64,000 bases of DNA from Nitrospirota bacterium (lineage in GTDB: Bacteria; Nitrospirota; JACRHJ01): assembly GCA_963733375.1 (NCBI GenBank), contig CAVTDB010000013.1:1-64000 (forward strand), in the 5' to 3' direction. Within the stretch, counting starts at the first letter, position 1. Each line of letters opens with the position of its first letter. The notes under the pieces are model-generated. The model was not told the DNA's origin and did not search any database. It was given only the letters and a program-made list of their open reading frames with translations. This document shows positions 1 through 10,384 of this stretch, piece after piece. The position numbers and the translations under genes were made by a program.

Positions 1-1076
1 GAGCTGATCCAGTATACGCCGACGACGGAAACGGTCCATCAGGTTCCGCTGATGATCATCCCGCCCTGGATCAACAAATACTACATCATGGACATGCAGC
101 CCAAGAACAGCTTGGTGCGCTTCTTGGTCGGCCAGGGGTTTACGTTGTTCATGATGTCCTGGCGCAACCCGGATTCCTCGATGGAAGACAACACCATCGA
201 GGACTACATGGACCTCGGCCCGCTCGCGGCGAGCGATACGATCCACGAGATCACCGGCAGCCCGACCGTCAATGTGATCGGCTATTGCATCGGCGGCACC
301 TTGCTCGCGATGACGCTGGCATCGCTCGCGGCCAAGGCCGACGAGCGGTTCAGTTCAGCAACGTTCATGGTGTCACTACAGGACTTCACCAAGGTCGGCG
401 ACACGGCCATCTTTCTCGGTGAGCCGACCGTCGATTTCATCGAGCAGCAGATGATGGAGCGCGGATATCTGGATAGCCGCGAGATGTCCAACATGTTCAA
501 CCTGCTGCGCAGCAATGACCTGATCTGGTCCAACGTGGTGAACAACTACCTGCTCGGCCAGAAGCCGCCTGCCTTCGACCTGCTATACTGGAACAGCGAC
601 AGCACGCGTATGGCCCGCGCCGGGCACAGCTGGTATCTCCGTAACACCTACGTCGAGAACAATCTGGTCAAACCCGGCAAAATCCAGCTCAAAGGCGAAG
701 CGCTCGACCTCGGCCGCATCCGTCTGGACATCTACGCGGTGGGTGCGGAGAAGGACCACATCGTGCCCTGGGACGCGGCTTGGCGCATCACCCAGCTCAT
801 GGGCGGGCGCGTGCGCTTCGTCCTCGCCTCCAGCGGCCACGTTGCAGGCATAATCAACCCGCCCGGCGGCAAGGGCGTCTACTGGACAAACGAGGGTGCC
901 GCCGAAACGGCGGAGCAGTGGCGCAGGAATGCCGAGCGCCATGACGGCAGTTGGTGGACGGACTGGTCGCACTGGCTCGCCGCGCATGCCGGCGAATGCG
1001 CGAGCCGCCTTCCCTAGGCAACGCGGCGCATCCGCCGCTGCAGGACGCCCCGGGGAGCTACGTGCTGGAGAAGTAG
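1..1076 (+). CDS. phaC: Class I poly(R)-hydroxyalkanoate synthase, 5'-truncated by window edge; frameshift near 1005, true C-terminus ...LQDAPGSYVLEK* at 1076
   Basis: PPWINKYYIMD, lipase box GYCIGGT, FDLLYWNSD, catalytic D (KDHIVPW), catalytic H (SGHVAGIINPP), GSWWTDW. Confidence 0.95.
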
Positions 1077-1229
1077 CCGGGTATGCCTCGCGCCTGGGCG
1101 ATCAGTTGGCGCCGGCCGCTTCCGCCCGCGCCTTCGCCGGGGATTTTCAGGTTGCGCAGGTCGATCACGCCACGACACGCTTGAGCTCGCGGGTCTCGGC
1201 CTACTCGGGTGGGATACCAACCGGCTGTT

Positions 1230-1465
1230 GCAATTTCGCAGAGGCCGAGGCCGTTGACACAGCCGATCCCCTACCAATCGCGGACCCGCCCGTTATGGGG
1301 GGCCGCTTCATGACGACGAAGCCGCCGCGCTCCAAATGCTCCATAAGCCGCCTGGCCACGATCTTCCGCCATGATCTCGTCGGCGTTGTGGATGCACCTG
1401 CGTCCGTGAAACCGCAGCGCAAAGGCGAGCCCGCGGCGAGGTCTTCGGGCGTGGCGGCCGAACAT
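1230..1465 (-). CDS. Small hypothetical protein (frameshifted), of a type I associate with Hyphomicrobiales
   Basis: Joining frames gives EDLAA.LAFALRFHGRRCIHNADEIMAEIVARRLMEHLERGGFVVMKRPP; boundaries approximate. Confidence 0.45.
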
Positions 1466-1518
1466 AGACCTAATCCTAGAACGAAGAGAGACGACAATAG
1501 CCCGTCGAGCATTTCGCG

Positions 1519-1812
1519 ATGCGGGGCGAGGTGTCGTCCATTGCGCCGACCGCTGTGTTCGCCCTGAGGGTCCGCGAGCTTGGCATCATGCCCAGCGACT
1601 TCCGCCATGGGGTCTTTGTCGGCTACTATGCCTACTTCGGCACCTACGAGGTGGACGAGAAGCAAGGCGTCGTCCGCCACTACGTGCAAGCGAGCTTGTG
1701 GCCTGAAGAGGTAGGACGGCTGTATACACGAAGCATCGAGTTGTCCGACGATCGCCTGCGCTTGACAACGCCTCCATTCCTATGGGCCGGAGAGAGCGCG
1801 CCAACCGTCTGA
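1519..1812 (+). CDS. Lipocalin-like domain protein fragment
   Basis: GYYAYFGTYEVDE...VVRHYVQASLWP...R...LRLTT pattern of the lipocalin_5-like family; N-terminus appears missing. Confidence 0.55.
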   Translation: MRGEVSSIAPTAVFALRVRELGIMPSDFRHGVFVGYYAYFGTYEVDEKQGVVRHYVQASLWPEEVGRLYTRSIELSDDRLRLTTPPFLWAGESAPTV

Positions 1813-1935
1813 CATTTGAGCGCGTGAAGTAGGCTAAGGCGCGGTGGCGCCAATTCAGGGGATTCGGATTTCGCGGCCCGAGCTGGACCGTGCATTCTTC
1901 TGAACTGATGTCTCACCGTGTCGCGGAGTGGCGAG

Positions 1936-2530
1936 TATACTCCGCTCAGGTGAGAACCCGAAAATCCTTTGGGTCGAGAATGATCGGAAGTTGTCCGTGA
2001 CTCGGTCGCAAAAGGTGTCCCAGTTTTTCGGCACGTCGTCGCGCAGGAAGGTCAGCATCGCGCTGCTGAAATCCTTGAAGCTGCCGTAGCACTTGTTATG
2101 GGTGATGTGCTTGTGCATCAACCCCCATAGTCGTTCGATTGGGTTGAGGTGCGGGCAGTAGGCCGGGATGAAGTGAAGTTTGATCCGGCACTCGGGCCGC
2201 GCCAGCCATGCCTGAACCAATTTCGCATGATGGTATCTGGCATTGTCGAGGAACAAGTGAACCAGCCGCTTGCCCGGGTACATCGCTTCGATCGCCATCA
2301 ACAGCATAATCGTGCTCACGGCATCCACCGTCAGCACGTCCCGCATGGCGGTCCGGCCGGTCTCCAGGTCAATCGCGCCATGAACGTTCAGCCGTTGCCG
2401 CCCACTGGTCTGCGGCACAGCGATCTTGGTGTCCTTCGGCGCCCAGCAACCCACCGGCCGTACCGCATGCGTCGGATGGACCGCATCTGCGAACAACACC
2501 GCTTCGTCATCGGCCAGGTTGTTCAGCATG
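1936..2530 (-). mobile_element. IS630-family transposase, DDE domain only (5' part and left end missing); right end near TATA at 1936-1939
   Basis: VLFADAVHP, LFLDNARYHHAK, FIPAYCPHLNPIERLW (DDE_3); frameshift-corrected stop ~1946 followed by GCGGAGTATA, consistent with an IS630 end at a TA target. Confidence 0.88.
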
Positions 2531-2574
2531 TCCGGGACCCAGGGTTTAATTCCGCGGGAACGACGACCATTCTT

Positions 2575-5182
2575 TTATGGTGTCGGCAACGCCCGGAACA
2601 CGGCGGTTACTTTTTTAGCTTTCGTCTTCATCTCCATGAAAGCAGGGTTTTTGCTCCCGGTCAGGTCGCCCTCCCAGTGCGAAAACACATGTGACGAATC
2701 GGACGGCGTCGCGGTCAGCACCAACTCCTTGCCGCCCTCTTCCTGAAATACCGTGGAGTCCGCCGCGGCCGTTTGCGTGCCTTCCGCCTTGCTTTGCACG
2801 GTTACGCTGCCCATTGAACTATTATTTATGTTCACGGTGAGCGTGGCGATGTCCCTGCCGAACAGCACCGTCACCCCGCCGCCGCTGTCCGCAACGGCAA
2901 GGTCAGTCGCCCCGTCGCCGTTGAAGTCGTGCGCGGCGAGTGCGACCGGGTTTACGCCGGCGGAGAAATCCACCGGAAGATTAAAGCCCCCGGCGGCCTT
3001 GCCGGTAAGCAGGCTTATTGTGTTGTCGCTGGAGTTTGCGGTGACTATATCCGGCCTCCTGTCGTCCGTTACGTCCTGCGCAAGTATGCCCGCGGGGGAC
3101 GCGCCGACGGTAAAGCTTTTGCCCAGGCTGAAAATCCCCGAACCGTTATTCTTGAGGACTGTGGCCATGCCGTTCGTCTCGGAAATCACCAGGTCGCCGC
3201 CCGGGCCGGCCGCTATCGACGTAGGGTTGATAGTGCCCGCCAGCCTGGTTTTTGCCGTGCCGAACGTCCCGTCGCCCTTGCCAAAAAGGATGGAGACGCT
3301 GCCACTGCCGCTGCCAATGGCATTACCGTCGCTGCCTTTTCCGGAATTTGCCACGGCGATGTCCAGGATGCCGTCAGCATTGAAGTCTCCCACGGCCAGG
3401 GATACCGGCCCGTCTCCTACCGTATAAGGCACGTGTACGCTTGACCTGGATACGACCGTGCCTTTTCCATCGCCGAACGTACCGTCTCCGTTGCCCAGGA
3501 AGACGGTAACGGTCCCATCGTCCTGGTTGCAGACCGCGACGTCCGTATTGCCGCCCTTTTTGAAATTCGCCGTCTTTATCGCGGACGGATGGTTCCCGGC
3601 AATCAATAACTGGCGCGACTGGGCTGACTGGGGCAGTATGAACGTACCGTTACCGCCCGGCAGCAATATGGCCACGGTGCCATTCCCCGAGTTCGCCACG
3701 GCGAGGCCCGCCCTGTGGTCGGGCGCGGGGTTATTTGCGCTCGATAAGTTAGTAAAAACGCCTGATGCAATTCCACTGGGCGCGGAGATAGTGGAAAGCG
3801 AGGCGAAAGAGGCCGGAGCCCCCGGCGCGGGAGTGGTCACGGCCGAGCTGAAGTTGCCGAACATGCCGCTCATGTTGCCGAACCTGAACTTCCTGTTCAG
3901 CAAAACGGATATGTTGTTGCTCCCCCTGTTCGCCACCGCTATGTCCATTACCCCGTCATAGTCGAAGTCGTCCGCCAGGAGCGCTGACGGGTTCGTCCCG
4001 GCTATCAGGTTGACGGATGGTATGGTCGAATAGCTCCAGAAGCCGACGGAGGTGACGCGCGAGCGGTAAAGCGTCACACGTCCGCCCGAGTAGTCGCCGG
4101 TCGCCAGGTCGGGCAGGCCGTTTCTGTCGAAGTCACCCGAGGCGAGCGCCGCTGGAAAAGAGCCGCCCCGGAATCTCTTTGCGGCCCGGAAAGTCCCGTC
4201 GCCTCTGCCCAGGAAGACGGAGATGGAGTTGGCTGTGCTGTCGGCTACCGCGATGTCGATATTGCCGTCCCCCTCAAAATCCTTTAATACCAGCTCCTGC
4301 GGCCCGCCGCCCGACGCGAGACGGGCGGCTTTACCTGCGGGCGGTGTGCTGAAATTCCCAAAAGGCGTGCCGTGCAGTATTTTGATACGGTTACCTTTAA
4401 ACTCGCTGACGGCCAGGTCGAGGTTCCCGCCGCCGTTTAAGTCAGCCGCCTCCACCGCCAGCGGGTTCGCGCCGGTAGCGTACTTGACCGGGTCTTGAAA
4501 CGTTCCGTCACCGTTGCCCCGGAGCGTCGCCACCTTGTTATCGCCCCAGAGCGTCACGGCAATATCCGGCTTGCCGTCGTGGTCGAAGTCGGCTATGCAG
4601 ACGTGGCGCGGGTTGGTCCCGACGGGATAGGGGACGGCAGAGCCGAAGGTGCCGTCGCCGTTTCCTTGTGCCACATATATGTTTGTGGAATTAAAACACG
4701 CTACCACCAGGTCCTGGTGTCCGCTCGTGGTTAATTGCGCCGCGCGCAGGTGAACAGGGTTTGCGCCGAGCCCGGTTACTACCGGACGCGCCAATGTAAA
4801 CTTCCCGTCCCCTTTTCCCAGGTATATCCTGACCTCATTCGTCTGCCAGTCGGCCACGGCAAGGTCCATCTTGCCGTCTTCATTGAAATCGGCGGCAACT
4901 ATGGCTATCGGCTTGCCGCCGGCGCTTATGGTCCTAGCCGCCGCAAACCGGCCGCCGGGCTTCCCCAGGCGGACCACTACCTTGCCGTCTGTAATTTTGT
5001 CGGCCACCGCGACATCCGGTATGCCGTCTCCGTTGAAGTCCGCGACGGCCACCGAAGCGGGGTCCGTACCCGCGCTGAACCCCCCTGATTTGGCCATTGT
5101 CCATGAGACGGCCGACGCCCCGGTTGAGAGTCCAAAGGTGAAGTAATGCCAAAAGGGCGGTTATAAAGAGCCTTGATTTCAT
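2575..5182 (-). CDS. Secreted FG-GAP/VCBS-repeat beta-propeller protein with a C-terminal InlB-B-like repeat; signal peptide in another frame (frameshift ~5110-5140)
   Basis: More than 10 repeats of P.S/A.AVADFN.DG..D.AVA / V.V.LGNGDGTF; C-terminal LTATP...FSHWEGD....NP.......VTAVF; upstream MKSRLFITALLALL. Confidence 0.85.
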
Positions 5183-5234
5183 CTGGAAGACCTCCGCGTT
5201 CTCAAAAAAAGAGTGCATAACTTTATAATAATAC

Positions 5235-5264
5235 TTGAAGCAAAGTCAATCTTTAAGATATGAT
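5235..5264 (+). promoter_or_regulatory. Putative sigma70 promoter for the GNAT gene
   Basis: TTGAAG-N18-TATGAT. Confidence 0.4.
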
Positions 5265-5280
5265 ACACGGCAAAGAGCAT

Positions 5281-5355
5281 CCACCCTCATGCTCGGGCGC
5301 ATTGCATTTTTTCATCTTCGGAGCCTCCGGCTCCGTAATGTGGCCCACGGGTGGA
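5281..5355 (+). repeat. ~75-bp structured repeat, copy A (copy B inverted at 53716-53790)
   Basis: Ungapped alignment CC(A/G)CCCTCATGCTC(G/A)GGCGCATTGCAT...CATCTTCGG...GTGGCCCACGG. Confidence 0.85.
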
Positions 5356-5383
5356 GCGGGAACATGGAGGAAAGGCGCATCAA

Positions 5384-6504
5384 TGGAACCTGCTATATTT
5401 ACCGCCGACGGCGGACGCGAATTGTCCGACTTTATAAAGCTACCCTTCAAGCTGTACAAAAACAACCCTTACTGGGTGCCGCCGCTCATAATGGACGTGA
5501 AGTCCATCCTGAATAAAAAGAAGAACCCCTTCTTCCAGCACGGCGAGGCCCAGTATTTCATGGCCTACAACGGGCGGGAGCCGCTCGGGCGCATCGCCGC
5601 GATAATCGACCACAACTACAACAAGTACCACAACACGAAGGCCGGGTGGTTCGGGTTCTTCGAGTGCGTAAACGACAAGGATACCGCCAAGGCACTCTTG
5701 CGCACCGCCTGCGGCTGGCTGAAGGACAGGGGCATGGAGGTCGTTTACGGCCCGGCGTCGCCCACGTTAAACGACGAGGCGGGACTACTCTTGGAAGGAT
5801 ATGATAGTAGCCCCTATATAATGATGCCGTACAATCCGCCGTACTACCACGACCTTCTACTGGCGGCGGGCATGGAAAAGGCCAAGGATTTATACGCGTG
5901 GTACTTGAGCTCGTCCGTGCCGCCGCCGGAGAGGATATCCCGGATAGTGGAGCGGATAAAGAAGCGGGACAACATCACCATCCGGCCGCTTAACATGGGT
6001 GAGTTCCGCCGGGACCTGGAGATCGTTAAGTCGATATACAACACCGCCTGGGAACACAACTGGGATTTCGCGTCGATGACCGACGCGGAGCTTGATTACA
6101 CGGCGGAAAAATTAAAGCCAATCATCATGCCGGAGATGGTCCGGTTCCTGGAAATCGACGGCAAGACAGTCGCGGTATCCATTGTCGCGCCGGACATAAA
6201 CCGCGTCCTGAAGAAGATGAAAGGACACCTGTTCCCGTTCGGGATTTTCAAATTTTTCTACTACCGCAGAAAAATCACCGAAGTGCGGCTTATGATACTC
6301 GGCGTGCTCCCGGAGTACCGTGGCCGCGGCTTCGACGCGGTGCTGTACCACGAGATGCTCATGACGGCGAAAAAGGTAGGCGTAACCGGCGGCGAGCTTT
6401 CCTGGACCCTGGAGGACAACGACTCCATCAACAAGGGCATCGCGGCGATGGGGGCGAAGATTTACAAGAGGTACAGGGTTTACAAGAAGGATTTAACCGC
6501 CTGA
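5384..6504 (+). CDS. YghO-like GNAT-family N-acetyltransferase
   Basis: FIKLPFKLY..NPYWVPPL, GRIAAI, GWFGFFEC, MPYNPPYY, LGVLPEYRGRG, ELSWTLEDN; GGAGG upstream of MEPAIF. Confidence 0.85.
6310..6495 (+). repeat. GNAT 3'-end segment, copy 1 of a 186-bp direct repeat
   Basis: Codon-by-codon alignment with 8447-8632: 20 differences in 186 nt by hand count. Confidence 0.95.
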
Positions 6505-6549
6505 ATCGCGAGCGCAATTCACTCGCGCCCGCACAAAAGGGAGAAATTT

Positions 6550-8422
6550 ATGCACCGCAAAAGCTTGATGATTTTCTCATGTTTAATATTTATTTTTTCA
6601 TCCATCGCCGCTTTTGCCAATGAAAATTCTTCCTGGGAAGAAAAGTACAAAGGGGAGCCTTATATCGTTTTACTATCTGAAGAGACTGTTAACGTTAATA
6701 AAGATTTTTCCACTACCACCAATCTTCATATAATAAAAAAGGTCCAGAAGGAGGGCGCAAAGTCCCTGGGCGAGATTCCGGTTACTTACGATAAAGACTG
6801 CGAGGAGATCGAAAAAATAGAGGCGTATACCAGCACTCCGGATGGCAAGAAAATCAAATGCGAGAAAATCCAGGAACGTCAGCACTTCAGGCGAGTCAAG
6901 CATATACAGCGATGAGCGGGTAAAAATGATTACCATGCCCGAGGTTGTTATCGGAAGCACTATAGACTTGAAAATAACCAAAAAAAGAATCAAGCCGGTA
7001 ATAAAAGGAAATTTTTACGGCCATTTCTATTTCTCTTCTTCCGCCCCCATCAAGGAAGCCAGGTATGTCGTCACGGTCCCCAGGGATATGCATCTGGATA
7101 TAAAAGCCCTTAACTTTTCTCTCGAACCGAAGGTCGATGTCAGCGGCGATAATGTTACATATACATGGCTCCTGAATAACAGCGATAAAGTCGATAACGA
7201 AGAATATATGCCCTCTTATGAAGAAGTATATAAATCCATTTCGGTCTCGACATTAAAAGGTTGGAAGGAGATGGCGGACTGGAACTGGTCATTGTTTAAA
7301 AAGAATATCAGGGTTTCCCCTGAAATGAAAAAGAAAATCGCGGAAATCACAGCGGGTAAAACCTCCGTCGAGGATAAGGTCCAGGCAGTCATAGACTATA
7401 TAAGAGACGATTTCCGCTATGTCGCAATGAACATGAATTCGCATAATTATGAACCTCATCCCGCCGATGAAATCTTTAAAGATAAATACGGCGACTGCAA
7501 AGACCATACACTGCTTGCCATGTCGATGCTCTCTGAAATCGGCGTGAAAGCATGGCCCGTATTGCTCTCCAGCCGTTCCGAATTAAAACGCGATGACCTC
7601 CTGCCCATGCCGATCTATTTCGACCATGCCATCCTCGCGCTTGAAATAAAAGACAAGAAATATTATACGGATGTGCTTTACAGGGGTTACCGCTTTCAGG
7701 ACACGCCGGCGGCCTATGAAGGGAAAAAGATTTTTGTGCTTAACGATAACGGCGGCTACTTCACCGTCTTCCCCAGCCCGGATAAAGACGAAACGACAAA
7801 TATTTCCGAGGAGAATGTAAATATCAAGGATGACGGGACTGCCGTAATTGAAACCAAAATGATCTTTTCGAGGAATATGTCGGTAGAACTGCGGGAAGCC
7901 TTAAAGCGGCTGGCTCCCGACGATAAAGAAAAAATGTTCTCGATGATCGAAACAGAAGTCGTATCCGGCGGAAAACTCCTTGATAAAAAATGGGAAAATC
8001 TTGACGTCCCGTATACAAAGATAACCGGGACTATTCGCTACGAGAGCACCTGTTTTGTTCAGCGCATGGGGGATATGATGATGTTCGGAATGTCCCAGGA
8101 AAAGCGCGACCCGATGTTTACGGCTCCCAAAAGAACCTTTCCCGTCGTATTTCTCTCGCCGGTCGGGGAAGAGTCGCATGTTACTTACAAAATCCCCAAA
8201 GGATATGAAATCGAGGTACTTCCCAGGAAAATTTCCATGGATAAGCCGTATGCGGATTATCTGCGGGAATATAAAGAACAGGGCGGAGAGATTATCGGAG
8301 AAGAATTAAGAGGGTTCAAACAGTGCAGGATCCCCGTTAACCAGTATTCCGGGTTGCAGAATTTCCTCGATGAGATTGTCAGAAGTACAAATGAGAAGAT
8401 ATTAATTAAGAAAAAAATTTAG
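6550..8422 (+). CDS. Secreted DUF3857 + transglutaminase-like domain protein (frameshift ~6885)
   Basis: Signal peptide; IRYVA-like FRYVAM; YGDCKDHTLL (catalytic Cys); FDHAIL; YYTD; lower GC than flanks. Confidence 0.85.
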
Positions 8423-8446
8423 AAAAAATAAGTACTCTGCGTCCCG

Positions 8447-8635
8447 CCGGAGTACCGGGGCCTCGGCTTCGACGCCGTCCTATACCGCGAGATGCTTATG
8501 ACGGCGAAAAAAGTGGGGGTTACCGGCGGCGAACTTTCCTGGACCCTTGAGGACAACGACTCCATCAACAAGGGCATCGCGGCTATGGGGGCAAAGATTT
8601 ATAAGAGGTACCGGGTATACAAAAAGGATTTGTAA
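8447..8635 (+). pseudogene. Orphan 3' fragment (62 codons + stop) of the GNAT gene, copy 2 of the direct repeat
   Basis: PEYRGLGFDAVLYREMLMTAKKVGVTGGELSWTLEDNDSINKGIAAMGAKIYKRYRVYKKDL*; no start or RBS. Confidence 0.92.
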
Positions 8636-8646
8636 TTGGTTTTAGC

Positions 8647-9735
8647 TTAAGTTTCTTGTACAACTAAATTTCGCAACTCACTTTCATTTAAACCTATTTC
8701 AGCAGCAATCCTGCCTAAATCCCATCCTTCTGAATACATTAAACCGATTGCCTTTGGAATAAGATTTGGATATTCCATTGGAGGTTCAAACTTTTCACTT
8801 TTGCGCATGTTATTTTTGCTTAAATAAATATATGCTCGATGATACATTGCTTCGGAAATACAACTTACATCTTTTGCGCGCCGTATCAACGCGGCTAATG
8901 AAACTTTCCATCGACGTTTTAAGTCATAAAAGGGTTCCCAATTGCTCCAATTTATTTTTCTCGGACATTCAAGAATAAATGATTCATATGGTAAAAGAAA
9001 GGCACTGGCAAATGCGTTTGCTTGCCGCTCCAATTCTTTATTTCCTGGACTTATGTCGGCATGCATTAATAAATGCCCAAGTTCATGAGCTATATCAAAT
9101 CTAATTCGGCTTGCAGAATCTTTTTCCGAACTTAAAAAAATGCAAGGACGACCTTCAAACCATAAAGAAAAAGCATCTAACCGTGTAGAATGATTTGGGA
9201 TCCTGAAAACGAGAACTCCATGGTTTTCAACTAAATCTATCATGTTTTTTATTGGCCCCAAACCCCTTCCCCACTTACTTCTAAGACTCACAGCAAAATT
9301 TTCAATTTCCTCAATATTATTTATTGATTTATTTACAACTACTGATGACACATCTTCTTGAGGAAATTCAACGTACTGTTCTAAAAATGCTATTAATTCA
9401 ATTAAAATTGTGCCCGCGGAAAGCACTTTTCGTCTTTCAATTTGCGTTGCAGAGCGAAGGCTTCTGAAATGACACATATCCGTTGGGATAGTTTTAAGAT
9501 TATATTTACTACTCTTAAAAAATTCCAAAGGAATTCCGAGAGCTAAGCTTATCCTTGCCAATGTTTCTTTATTTGGACGTACTTTTCCTGTTTCAAATTG
9601 TGTAATTGCACTAGGAGAGAGATTGAGGCGTTCAGCTAGTTCCTTTTTTTGCAGGCCTTTAAATTCTCTCGCCAAAGTTAATCTTCCGGAATCAAATCGA
9701 TTCAGAATGGCTTGTACTTGTATATTATCTTTCAT
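8647..9735 (-). CDS. XRE HTH + ImmA/IrrE (COG2856) Zn metallopeptidase; RmrA-like antitoxin candidate
   Basis: RLTLARE..GL.KKELAE.L.LSPSAITQFETG HTH; FRSLR; RFDIAHELGHLLMH (HExxH); ERQANAFASAFLLP; WKVS; AT-rich. Confidence 0.92.
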   Translation of the reverse strand: MKDNIQVQAILNRFDSGRLTLAREFKGLQKKELAERLNLSPSAITQFETGKVRPNKETLARISLALGIPLEFFKSSKYNLKTIPTDMCHFRSLRSATQIERRKVLSAGTILIELIAFLEQYVEFPQEDVSSVVVNKSINNIEEIENFAVSLRSKWGRGLGPIKNMIDLVENHGVLVFRIPNHSTRLDAFSLWFEGRPCIFLSSEKDSASRIRFDIAHELGHLLMHADISPGNKELERQANAFASAFLLPYESFILECPRKINWSNWEPFYDLKRRWKVSLAALIRRAKDVSCISEAMYHRAYIYLSKNNMRKSEKFEPPMEYPNLIPKAIGLMYSEGWDLGRIAAEIGLNESELRNLVVQET

Positions 9736-10384
9736 TTGCTTTAATATCCTTTTTCTTTTTCAAAGTCACAGTGGCAGGCTCAATAGGAGCTTCCGGAAAA
9801 AGGTCCTCTACCAGGAGTCCGGAAGGATCATCTCCACCCCGTTTCCAAAGCAGATGGGTATGTTCCCACTGGGTTATTCTGCCGTTATCCTCGCTTATCG
9901 GGACGCAAAGGTAAATCGCACAGGCTCCGTCCTCATGGTTGCCGAGATGGGCAAGGACCAAGTTCAACACATCCGGCATGAGTTCTGCTATTTCAGGCTC
10001 ATCGGGTTCGAAACCTGGAATATATGGATGAGTATCGTTTGCCCGAGCCAACTCCCCAGCGGCACGATTATTACGAGGAAAACACTTATAAATATTTTCG
10101 CTGGCAAAACGGCCAACTCTATAGCATCCGATTTTACTGTATCCGACCTTCAGGCGAAAAGGCGTATCGCTCAGTATCTGGATTTTTTTCTGCACCAGAT
10201 TAGCCAGCTCAAATTTTATGAAATGATATATTTCGACGCCGAAGGTCGTGTTATTGCTTCCGGAAGTTTCATCATAGGCATCACACGCGCTGTTGTATCC
10301 TTCCCGTACTGCCTTAACGAAAGAATTTTTCACCTCTTTAGGGACGTCGCGCTCAATCAAAAGTTCGAACTCGTCTTTAGTCAT
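9725..10384 (-). CDS. Hypothetical protein overlapping the HTH-peptidase start; putative toxin partner
   Basis: 219-aa ORF with GGAGG RBS; 11-nt overlap with the downstream gene; acidic then basic C-terminal tail. Confidence 0.7.
   Translation of the reverse strand: MTKDEFELLIERDVPKEVKNSFVKAVREGYNSACDAYDETSGSNNTTFGVEIYHFIKFELANLVQKKIQILSDTPFRLKVGYSKIGCYRVGRFASENIYKCFPRNNRAAGELARANDTHPYIPGFEPDEPEIAELMPDVLNLVLAHLGNHEDGACAIYLCVPISEDNGRITQWEHTHLLWKRGGDDPSGLLVEDLFPEAPIEPATVTLKKKKDIKANER

Noticed and set aside
6310-8635. Diversity-generating retroelement TR/VR pair
   Set aside because: Differences are not confined to adenines in one copy, are almost all synonymous, and no reverse transcriptase is present.
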